Below, piece after piece: positions 18,190 through 26,726 of a DNA stretch of 64,000 nt. Each line of letters opens with the position of its first letter. Position 1 is the first letter of the stretch. This DNA comes from a bacterium. Its GTDB lineage: Bacteria; Zhuqueibacterota; Zhuqueibacteria; Residuimicrobiales; Residuimicrobiaceae. The DNA lies in assembly GCA_035353815.1 (NCBI GenBank), contig DAOQAG010000009.1, positions 29,691 through 93,690 on the forward strand. Reading direction: 5' to 3'. Made by a program: the position numbers and the translations under genes. The notes below the pieces were generated by a model. It was not told the origin of the DNA, did no database searches, and was given only the letters and a program-made list of their open reading frames with translations.

Positions 18190-19158
18190 TTACATTCTCT
18201 CTTCGGCCTTGAGGGCCACACAGAGAGCGGCGAAATCGCCGATCTTTTCCCCCAGTGCCGCCGGGACGATATGGCAGACTGCGGCGGCGCCGGGCAGAGC
18301 TTCGGCCGCGATGATCCGACGCGCCGGCGCCAGGAGCAATTCGCCGAGACGCACGCCCATGCTGCCGATGAGGATCAGCTCGGGATTGAGCAGGTCGATG
18401 AGCAAGGCGAGCCCTTTGCCGAGGTAGCAGCCGCTCGTCTCGACCACCTTCAACGCGAGGAGGTCGCCGGCCAGGGCCCACTCGACCACATCCCTGCCGG
18501 TCACCTCGCCCGGCGCCTTGTAACGCGCGAGCATGGCCTCCCGCCCCGCCTCTTCGGCCAGACAGAGCAGCTCGATTGCCATCATCTGCGCCAGTCCGGT
18601 GCCGCTGCAAAAGCCCTCGAACGAACCCCGTTTGTGATAGCCGATGGGCCCATCCGCCTCGAGCCGGATATGACCGGCCTCGCCGCCGTAATCGTTGGTG
18701 CCGGTGAATAGCCGGCCATCCAGGATCAATCCCGCCCCCAGCCCCGTGCCGAAGGTGAGAAAAATCATGTTGCGGCAGCCCTTGCCGGCGCCGAAACGCC
18801 ACTCGGCGACCGCCCCGGCATTGGCGTCATTCTCCAGAAAAACCGGCAAGCCAAAGGTCTCGTGCAGGATATCGACGACGGGCACGTGGTCCCACCCCGG
18901 CAGATTGGGAGGCGCCAGGATCACTCCACGCTTGCTGTCCAGCGGACCGCCGCAGCTGATACCGATGGCGCGGGCCGGACGCTGCGTCAGGAATCCGGCG
19001 ACAATCGTTTTGATCCGCGCCAGCGTCTCTTCCCAGCCGCCGGCGCCCACGGCGGTCGCGAACTGTTCGCGCTGCACCAAATGACCGCCAGCCTCCATGC
19101 GCAGCACGGCCGATTTGGTGCCGCCGATGTCGATGCCGATATATTCGTGCTGTTCCAT
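18190..19158 (-). CDS. ROK-family sugar kinase (second copy, divergent)
   Basis: IGIDIGGTKSAV, LENDANAGAVAEW, FLTFGTGLGAGLIL, GGEAGHIRL. Length 322 aa with no HTH. ATG at 19158 with GGGAG upstream. Confidence 0.82.
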   Translation of the reverse strand: MEQHEYIGIDIGGTKSAVLRMEAGGHLVQREQFATAVGAGGWEETLARIKTIVAGFLTQRPARAIGISCGGPLDSKRGVILAPPNLPGWDHVPVVDILHETFGLPVFLENDANAGAVAEWRFGAGKGCRNMIFLTFGTGLGAGLILDGRLFTGTNDYGGEAGHIRLEADGPIGYHKRGSFEGFCSGTGLAQMMAIELLCLAEEAGREAMLARYKAPGEVTGRDVVEWALAGDLLALKVVETSGCYLGKGLALLIDLLNPELILIGSMGVRLGELLLAPARRIIAAEALPGAAAVCHIVPAALGEKIGDFAALCVALKAEERM

Positions 19159-19185
19159 AACCCGATCGCTCCCTTTGCCGGCGGC

Positions 19186-20436
19186 TCAGACCGCAACGAC
19201 AGGCTCGTTTTTGCCGGGCTTGTACCCGTTCAGGGCGTAGAAGAGAATAAAAAGATAGCATACCAGCGGCAGGATATAGGAGGCGTGCAAGCCCAGCACC
19301 GGCCAATCCGCCAGGACGCCTTGCAGGAGCGGCAGAACCGCCCCGCCGACCGGCGCCATGACGAGAATTCCCGAGGCCTTGATGGTATAATCGCCCAGGC
19401 CATCGATGGCCATGGCGAAGATATTGGACCACATGATGGAGTTACATAAACCGGTCAGCAGCATGGTCCACATCGCTACGCGACCCCGCGTCAGGATCGT
19501 CGCCCCGACCAACACAAAGGCGCCAACCGCGGCCCAGGCCAGAACCCGCGGAGCGCGCACCCGTTGCAGGATGGCCGAGCCGGCAAAGCGCCCGATCATC
19601 AGGCCCCCCCAGTAGAGGGGGATGTATTTGGCGGCGGTCTGCGCGGGCAGGCCGGCGATATACGGCTCGCCGAGAAAGCTGACGATGAAACTGCCGATCG
19701 ACACCTCCGCCCCGACATAGAGGGTCAGGGCGATCACGCCCAGGCGCAGCTGCCGGAAGCGCAGGACTTGGCCCGGGACCTTTTTATGGTCCGTGCTCAT
19801 GACCGCCGGCAAGTGGGCGAAGATGAAAAAGCCGGCCATGATGAAGGCCGCCACCGCCAGGCCGATATACGGCCCCTGCACGGAAGCCGCCTGGGCGGCA
19901 CTGCTGCTGTACTGACCGAGGATGAGATAGGCGCCGAAGAGCGGCGCAAGGGTCGTCGCAGCCGAATTGACCCCCTGGGCGAGATTGAGACGGCTGGAAG
20001 CGGTCTCAGGCGCCCCGAGGATGGAAACATAGGGATTGCCGACGACCTGTAGAAAGACATTGCCGGAGGCCATGACGAAAAGTCCGAAGAGGAAAAGCCC
20101 ATAGGAGATCAAGCTCGCGGCCGGCAGAAAGATCAGGCAGCCGATGCCTACGATCGCCAGCCCGAGGACGATGCCCTGCTTGTAGCCGATCCGGCCGATG
20201 ATCCGGCTGGCCGGGATCGCCATGGTAAAATAGGCGCCGAAATAGCAGAACTGGATCAGCATGGTCTGGGTGTAGTTCATGTTGAAGAGGCTTTTCAGGT
20301 GGGGGATCAGCACGTCGTTGAGAGAGACGATGGCGCCCCACATAAAAAAGAGCGAGGTCATCAACAGGAAAGCCGCTTTATACGGGTTCTTGCGTGCCGC
20401 ACGGGGGGCGGTGACAGGGGCAGTGGCGTGATTCAT
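19186..20436 (-). CDS. MFS sugar:H+ symporter, FucP/GluP family (second copy)
   Basis: ATG at 20434-20436 with AAGGA 9 nt upstream; the track start 20466 is a GTG. FucP/GluP-type motifs LFFMWGAIVSLNDVLIPHLKSLF and GNVFLQVVGNPYVSILG. 12-TM pattern. Confidence 0.82.
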   Translation of the reverse strand: MNHATAPVTAPRAARKNPYKAAFLLMTSLFFMWGAIVSLNDVLIPHLKSLFNMNYTQTMLIQFCYFGAYFTMAIPASRIIGRIGYKQGIVLGLAIVGIGCLIFLPAASLISYGLFLFGLFVMASGNVFLQVVGNPYVSILGAPETASSRLNLAQGVNSAATTLAPLFGAYLILGQYSSSAAQAASVQGPYIGLAVAAFIMAGFFIFAHLPAVMSTDHKKVPGQVLRFRQLRLGVIALTLYVGAEVSIGSFIVSFLGEPYIAGLPAQTAAKYIPLYWGGLMIGRFAGSAILQRVRAPRVLAWAAVGAFVLVGATILTRGRVAMWTMLLTGLCNSIMWSNIFAMAIDGLGDYTIKASGILVMAPVGGAVLPLLQGVLADWPVLGLHASYILPLVCYLFILFYALNGYKPGKNEPVVAV

Positions 20437-20535
20437 GTTCAATTCCTTTGCAGTGGGTTGCGGCACTGAAGCGGGCCGGATTCGCGCCGGCCGGGCCAGG
20501 GGCGGACGCGCAGCGGAAGCCCGCAGGGAGCGGAT

Positions 20536-22839
20536 TTACTCGCTCATGGAGAAAGGCCGGGATGTCCGGGCTTTGCCGTAGACCGGCGATGGCCGGCCGC
20601 TCATGGTGAATTCGATGCGGCCGCCTGCGGCGATATCGGCATGATTGAGATAGAGGTTGTCATAGATCCGGCCGTTCAGTTTCACCGCAGCGATGTAGGG
20701 CTGTTTTTCGCCGTTGTGGAGGCTCTGGATGACAAACTTGTTGCCGTTCGGCAGATGCAGTGTCGCCCGGGCAAAGCCAGGCGTGCCGATGACATATTGC
20801 GGTGTTCCGGGACACACCGGGTAAAAACCGAGTTTGGAAAAAATATACCAGGCGGACATTTGTCCCGAATCGTCATTGCCGCTCAGTCCGCCAGGTCCGG
20901 TGCCATATTCATCGTGCAGCACCTGCCGCACCAGCTCCTGGGTCCGGTCCGGCCGGCCGGAAAAGCAGTAGAGATAGGGGATCTGGTGGCAGGGTTCATT
21001 GCCGTGCCAGTACTGGCCGCTCGTGAACAGGGTATCGAGGCGGTCATTGAAACGGGATTCGCCGCCCATCAGCCCGATCAGCCCGGCGATATCGTGCGGC
21101 ACATACCAGGTGTAGTGCTGCGGGGTCCCCTCGGTGATATAGGGCATGCGCGCGGTCGGGACAAAGGCTTCCGCCCAGCGGCCGTCGGCATGGCGCCCGC
21201 GCACATACCCGGCCGCCGCATCGAATACCTTGCGGTAACCGAGGGCACGCCGGCTCAGGGTGTCATAGTCGGCGGTCTTGCCGAGCTGCCTGGCCACCTG
21301 GGCCAGGACAAAATCATCATAGCCGTATTCGAGGGTGCGCGATACCTGCTCGCCGTCGTGAAAGGCATAAGGGACGGGATCCTCGAGGGGGATAAAACCA
21401 TAGCGGCGGTAGGAGGCAAGGGCTCTGCGGCCCATCCCGTCCTTGTAGTCGCTGGAATCCCGCGGCGAATCGAAGGCGTTCCGCCGCATGCAGGCATAGG
21501 CCCGGTCGATGTCAAAGCCGCGGATGCCCTTGATCCAGGCGTCCCCGAGTACGGCGATGGCATGGTCGCCGATCATGGCCGAGGTATAGCTGCTCCACAT
21601 GGGAAAGATCGGCAGCCATCCCCCCTGTTCGGCCTTGAGCAACAGCGAACGCATCATATTGCTGCTTTTTTCCGGGAAGAGCAGGGTATAGAGGGGATGC
21701 AAGGCCCGATAGGTGTCCCACAAGGAAAAGTCATCATAATAGTCAAAACCCGCCGTCTTGTGGATCGTCGAGTCCGCGGCAAAGCCGGGATAGGAACCGT
21801 CGACGTCGCTGACGATGCGCGGCTGCTGCAGGCAGTGATAGAAGGCGGTATAGAATCGGGTCATCTCCGTGCTGCTCGCGCCCTCGATCTTGATGCGGCC
21901 GAGCAGGCGGTTCCATTCCTGGCGCAGGAGGCGGCGCGTCCGGGCGAAATCCCAGTCCGGGATCTCGGCCTCGAGGTTCCGGCGTGCCGCTGCGATGCTG
22001 GTGAAGGAGGTGCCCACGCGGGCCATGACCTTTTGGCCGGGCGCCGGGGCAAAGCTGACAAAGGCGCCCGCCTCCGGCTGCGCGTTGACACTGCTCTGGT
22101 GATAGCAGGGAACCTCCTGGGTATAGACGCCCCAGTTGGCAAAGGCGCGATCGAATTGAACGACAAAATAGCCGCTGATGCCGGCCGGTTTTCCTGTGCC
22201 TTGATAGATCCGGTGCACGGGATTATAGCCGGCGATCTCATTCCGCCCGGGATCGATGCGTACGTATCCGAGTCCCTCATCGCTGTTGGGCTGGAGGAGG
22301 ATATGCGCTGAATCGCCTCCGGCGAAGGTGAAAGAGAAGAGCCCGCATCGGGTGGTCGCAGTCATCTCCACCTCGATCCCATGCTCCTCGAGCAGGACAC
22401 GATAATAATCGGGCGCCGCGGTCTCCCGGGTGTGGCTGAAGCGGCTGGCGCGGGCCTCCGGGCGGAAGCGCAGCGCCCCCGCCAGGGGCATGATCGTAAA
22501 GCTGCCATAATCCTGGGTGCACGAGCCGCTGAGCCAGTGGGTGGCGCGAAATCCCTGGATTAGCGAGTCGGTGTAGTAATAGGGGGCGTGACATTTCGTC
22601 TCGGTGTCGCGGGTTTGCGGCGTCCAGTTGGTCATGCCGAAGGGCATGGTGACCGCCGGCACGACCTGGGCATAGGCCTCGAGCTTTTCCGAGTGGCGCA
22701 GGGCGCTTGGGGTCCTGGCCGGCCCGGTGCCGATCAGGGGGTCGACATGATCGATGAGGCTGCTGGCGCCATGCCTGGCGCAGCCGGCGGCCAGCAGGGC
22801 GGCCACAGAAAGCAATAGCAGAGACTGCAGTTTTCGCAT
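20536..22839 (-). CDS. GH92 alpha-mannosidase, lipoprotein
   Basis: Lipobox LLAAGC. GH92 hallmarks VDPLIGTG, PFGMTNWTPQT, GNEPCHQIPYLY, GLSGNDDSGQMSAWYIFSKLGFYPVCPG. Confidence 0.9.
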   Translation of the reverse strand: MRKLQSLLLLSVAALLAAGCARHGASSLIDHVDPLIGTGPARTPSALRHSEKLEAYAQVVPAVTMPFGMTNWTPQTRDTETKCHAPYYYTDSLIQGFRATHWLSGSCTQDYGSFTIMPLAGALRFRPEARASRFSHTRETAAPDYYRVLLEEHGIEVEMTATTRCGLFSFTFAGGDSAHILLQPNSDEGLGYVRIDPGRNEIAGYNPVHRIYQGTGKPAGISGYFVVQFDRAFANWGVYTQEVPCYHQSSVNAQPEAGAFVSFAPAPGQKVMARVGTSFTSIAAARRNLEAEIPDWDFARTRRLLRQEWNRLLGRIKIEGASSTEMTRFYTAFYHCLQQPRIVSDVDGSYPGFAADSTIHKTAGFDYYDDFSLWDTYRALHPLYTLLFPEKSSNMMRSLLLKAEQGGWLPIFPMWSSYTSAMIGDHAIAVLGDAWIKGIRGFDIDRAYACMRRNAFDSPRDSSDYKDGMGRRALASYRRYGFIPLEDPVPYAFHDGEQVSRTLEYGYDDFVLAQVARQLGKTADYDTLSRRALGYRKVFDAAAGYVRGRHADGRWAEAFVPTARMPYITEGTPQHYTWYVPHDIAGLIGLMGGESRFNDRLDTLFTSGQYWHGNEPCHQIPYLYCFSGRPDRTQELVRQVLHDEYGTGPGGLSGNDDSGQMSAWYIFSKLGFYPVCPGTPQYVIGTPGFARATLHLPNGNKFVIQSLHNGEKQPYIAAVKLNGRIYDNLYLNHADIAAGGRIEFTMSGRPSPVYGKARTSRPFSMSE

Positions 22840-22851
22840 GGATATTCTCGC

Positions 22852-25056
22852 CTAGTTCTGCGCGTTCAATAGCGGCAGCGGGCCCATTTCCAGCTCCAGG
22901 AGCCCGCCCTGCATCAGCGCGGCATGGGAGAACCAGAGTTTTCCGAGCTTCACGCCGTTGAGTTTGGCGCTCTGGATGTACTTGTTTTCCTGTGAATTAT
23001 GATGCGCCACGATACGGAATTCGCAGCCGTTATCCAGCTGGATGGTCACGCGGGAAAACTGCGGACTGGTGATGGTGTAAGCCGGAACTCCGGGGGTGAC
23101 CGGATAAAAGCCCATGGCGCTCAGAACCACAAAAGCCGACATGCCGCCGCCATCCTCATCACCGGGAATGCCAAAGACCGTGTCGTTGTACCAGGTATCG
23201 AGAAGAAAGCGGGTCCATTTCTGGGTCTTCCAGGGCGAACCGGTATAGTTAAATAGGTAGGGAATATGAAAACTGGGTTCATTGCCCATGGAGAACTGCC
23301 CGACCAGTCCGGTGGCATCGGGGAATTTCGCCCAGAAACGGTACTTGCTGCGGCCGAGGCCCTCGCGGAAGAGCTGGTCGAGGTGGGCCTCGAATGGCTT
23401 TGTGCCGCCGTGCAGGGCGATCAGATCGTCGATATCGTGCTGGACCTGCCAGATATAGGTCCAGCCGTTGTTTTCATCGTAATAATCGCGGCTGCCGTCG
23501 CTGCCGTCAAATTTCGGATCGATGTCGATCCAGCGGCCTTCGGCATCCCTGGGCATGAACATCATCTTTTCCGGCTGCCAGAGGTTGCGGTAATAGTGTG
23601 CGCGCAGCTTGTACGCCGCGGCCACCTCGGTGCGGCCGAGCTCCGCCGCCAGCTCGGAGACCGCCCAGTCATCGTAGCTGTGGCCGAGGGTGAGGGCCAC
23701 GGCCTGGCGCCGCTCAAAGGCATCGACCAGCGCGCAGCTCTCCGTCTCCCCGGGATGCAGGGCCGGATAATACCCGTGGGCGAGATAGAAATCGTCCAGT
23801 TCGCAGCGCGGGCCGTTGCGCCAGGGCACCATCGTCGCCTCTTCACTATTCTTGATCATGCCCGCCAGCGCGGTATCGGCGGAGAAGGAGCGGATGCCCT
23901 TGCGGTAGGCATCGAGAAAAACAATGGATGAATGGAAGCCGTTCATGCAAGGACGGTCGCCATAAATGACCGGAAAGGTGGGCACCCAGCCGCTCTGCTG
24001 ATACATGCGGACATAGGAGGCGAGCATATCGCCCTCCATGGCGGGATGGAGGATCATCCGCAGCGGATGATGGGCGAGATAGGTATCCCACGCCCAGTCA
24101 TCGACGTAAAAGGGACGCGCATCGGCATGGATGCGGTGGTCATAGCCGCTGTAATAGTGCCCCGATTCGCTGATGTTGACCATGCGTTCATGGCAGCGAT
24201 AGAGAGCGGTGTAAAAGCTGCGTTTCCAGGCCTCGGTGCCGCCGCTGACGCGGATGCGGTTGATCACCGCGGACCAGGCCGCCTTGCCGCGCGCGGCCAG
24301 CGCGGCAAAGGAGACCCCCTCGACCTCCTGCGCGAAATTGGCGCGCGCCTGCTCGGGGCTGATGAAGGAGATCGCATAACGAAATTCGAGCACCGCAGGG
24401 GCTTGCGGGCCGAAGCTGAGGCGCAGCCTCTCACCGCTGCCGGCATCGCTGGCGGGCGCGGTACTGAAACGTCCATAGAGATAGACTGTGACCTCATTAA
24501 AGATCTCGCGGCCGGTGATCGCCCCCTCCTGGTACTCCAGATGGGCGTCCGGGTAATAATGGCCGAAAAGCAGCTGCTTGTTGGTGGCCTGCGGAAAGGT
24601 GAACCGGAAGATCGCCGCGTGGGCGGCCACCGCGTACTCCGTCTTGACGCCCATTTCGATCAGGTTGGTCGCGTAGTACCAGGGGCGGTTGATCTCGAGA
24701 TCGGGGTCCCAGGTCATCCGCGCCGTCCAGGCGGACTCTTCCGCCGCGCCGACGGCCGGCTTGAGCGTAAATACCCTGGCGACGCGGTGCGAGATGACCG
24801 CCAGCGGAAAGCAGGAGATCTGATCGTCGAGATAGTCCCGCCGGTCCGGATAAAAGCGCAGCATCTGGTTGGGGAGCTGTACCGTCGGCCGCGTCGGTTC
24901 GAGCAGCTGGCCGACGTTGCCGATGGTCATGTCAATATAGTCCAGTCCATCCTTGCCCGCTGCCGCCGGCGCAGCGGCGGCGAGGGCCAGCAGCAGCGCC
25001 AGCGCGGCCGCGGCTGCACGGCTGAATGCCCCTCTCCCGATGATCTCTTTGCTCAT
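22852..25056 (-). CDS. GH92 alpha-mannosidase (second paralog)
   Basis: ATG at 25056; the track extension to 25320 lies inside the upstream gene region. Ala-rich signal peptide. GNEPSFHIPYLFNY, GIPGDEDGGGMSAFVVLSAMGFYPVTPG. Confidence 0.88.
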   Translation of the reverse strand: MSKEIIGRGAFSRAAAAALALLLALAAAAPAAAGKDGLDYIDMTIGNVGQLLEPTRPTVQLPNQMLRFYPDRRDYLDDQISCFPLAVISHRVARVFTLKPAVGAAEESAWTARMTWDPDLEINRPWYYATNLIEMGVKTEYAVAAHAAIFRFTFPQATNKQLLFGHYYPDAHLEYQEGAITGREIFNEVTVYLYGRFSTAPASDAGSGERLRLSFGPQAPAVLEFRYAISFISPEQARANFAQEVEGVSFAALAARGKAAWSAVINRIRVSGGTEAWKRSFYTALYRCHERMVNISESGHYYSGYDHRIHADARPFYVDDWAWDTYLAHHPLRMILHPAMEGDMLASYVRMYQQSGWVPTFPVIYGDRPCMNGFHSSIVFLDAYRKGIRSFSADTALAGMIKNSEEATMVPWRNGPRCELDDFYLAHGYYPALHPGETESCALVDAFERRQAVALTLGHSYDDWAVSELAAELGRTEVAAAYKLRAHYYRNLWQPEKMMFMPRDAEGRWIDIDPKFDGSDGSRDYYDENNGWTYIWQVQHDIDDLIALHGGTKPFEAHLDQLFREGLGRSKYRFWAKFPDATGLVGQFSMGNEPSFHIPYLFNYTGSPWKTQKWTRFLLDTWYNDTVFGIPGDEDGGGMSAFVVLSAMGFYPVTPGVPAYTITSPQFSRVTIQLDNGCEFRIVAHHNSQENKYIQSAKLNGVKLGKLWFSHAALMQGGLLELEMGPLPLLNAQN

Positions 25057-25147
25057 GGTCTGCACATCCCTTAATTCAAGTGTGATACCGATTTTGCCCG
25101 GCAACGGCCAGTCGCCGTCAATCCCCCTACATGCCTTGAATATCCCT

Positions 25148-26725
25148 CTATTCAAGGGTGATACCGCTACATCGGCCCGACTGCAGGAGCGGCGCCGATG
25201 CGCCGCCGCGGATTTTGAGTCCGGTGAACGCGGCACCGGCGACGTTATGGAGCACCATCGGCCACACCGCACCGGCGGCATCCAGCATGAGCGCGCTGCC
25301 CCGGATCTCCCGGCCGTCATCGCAGAGCAGGGCCGGGCGGAAATCGGGCCCGGCCGCCTTCAGGGTGAGGTTGTTCATGGTCAGCCCGGTGACGTGGCGC
25401 GCATAGAGGCCCCAGGCGGGCAGTTCGCCGAACATGGAAAATTCGGGATATTCGCCCGCCTCCTCCGGTACCGCCTCGAGCCTGGAAAGGGGCAGGCAGG
25501 CCAGCCCCTTGTTGGCGTGCCCCGGCGCGGTGATTTGAATATCCTCGAGCACCAGGTTTTCGATAGCCCGTCCGGGCAGGCCGGCGATGACGGCGGGGAA
25601 GGAGTTGTGAAAAAAGCTCGTCGGGGGACCGGGCAGATCGTAGCCGCGGTCAGGCGCGTCAAAGGGGACCTGAACCTCCATATCGCTGATCCTGACGTTG
25701 CGGAGGAAACCGGTCGAGTCGCCCGAGCGCTGCCCCAGCCGCAGGAAAAAGGCATTGCCGGTATTCCGGGCCCGGATGTGCCGGACGATGATGTTTTCGA
25801 TCCGGCCGCCATCCACCGTCTCGATGGCGATGGCCGAGCGATAGGTGTCGATCACCCGGATGTTTTCCACCGTGATGTTCCTGAACCCCCCCGTCGAGGC
25901 GGTACCGAATTTCACAGCGCTGGCGCTGCTGCGCACCGTGCAGTCGGCAATATAAATACTGTCGTTACAGGCCCCGGTGCGGTGGGATTTCAGACAAATG
26001 CCGTCGTCGGCCGAGTTGACATCGCACCCGGTGATACGCACATTGCGGCAGTCATCGATGTCGATGCCGTCGTTATTCCAGAAGGCTCTGCTGATGACGC
26101 GGAGATGCTCGAGGCGCAGGTTGCGGCAGAGGGAGTAGGTCTGGACCCAGCAGGAGGAGTTCCGCAGGGTGATGTCGCGCACCAGGACATCGCTGCAGCC
26201 GGTAAAATGGATCAGCTGCGGCCGCATCGATTCGCTCGGGCGTTTGCGTCGCTGGTTATAATTGGGATCGACGCGCGCACCACAGTGATGCAGACTGTCG
26301 GCATTGAGGGCCAGGGCCTGCCCCTGGCCGTCGATGGTGCCCGCGCCGGTGATGGCGATTCCTGCGGCATGGTCGGCGAGGATCAGGGCGTAATGGAGAT
26401 CGATCTTGCGATAGAGAAAGGGATCGGTGCTGCCGAGCACAGTCCCGCCGCGTTCGATGTGCAGGGTGACGCCGCTTTTCAGCTGGATGGTGCCGGAGAG
26501 AAACCGGCCGCGGGGGATAACGACCATGCCACCGCCTGCGGCCGCGGCGGAGTCGATAGCCGCCTGCAGTGCTGCCGTGCACAGGGTGAGGCCATCGCCG
26601 CGGGCGCCAAAGGCCTCCACGGGAAATCGCCGGCGCTCCTCCTTCGGGGCGGGAGCGGCGAGGGCCGGGAGGAGCGCGGCCAGAAGGAACAGGACCAGAA
26701 GGCACGCACGGCGAGGTCGGGTCAT
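25148..26725 (-). CDS. GH28-family glycoside hydrolase (polygalacturonase/rhamnogalacturonase-like beta-helix)
   Basis: ATG at 26725, one nt after the TAG of the upstream GH92 (TAGcATG). Signal peptide. FGARGDG, WNNDGIDIDDC, SADDGICLKS, AVKFGTAS, and parallel beta-helix periodicity. Confidence 0.8.
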   Translation of the reverse strand: MTRPRRACLLVLFLLAALLPALAAPAPKEERRRFPVEAFGARGDGLTLCTAALQAAIDSAAAAGGGMVVIPRGRFLSGTIQLKSGVTLHIERGGTVLGSTDPFLYRKIDLHYALILADHAAGIAITGAGTIDGQGQALALNADSLHHCGARVDPNYNQRRKRPSESMRPQLIHFTGCSDVLVRDITLRNSSCWVQTYSLCRNLRLEHLRVISRAFWNNDGIDIDDCRNVRITGCDVNSADDGICLKSHRTGACNDSIYIADCTVRSSASAVKFGTASTGGFRNITVENIRVIDTYRSAIAIETVDGGRIENIIVRHIRARNTGNAFFLRLGQRSGDSTGFLRNVRISDMEVQVPFDAPDRGYDLPGPPTSFFHNSFPAVIAGLPGRAIENLVLEDIQITAPGHANKGLACLPLSRLEAVPEEAGEYPEFSMFGELPAWGLYARHVTGLTMNNLTLKAAGPDFRPALLCDDGREIRGSALMLDAAGAVWPMVLHNVAGAAFTGLKIRGGASAPLLQSGRCSGITLE

Positions 26726-26726
26726 G

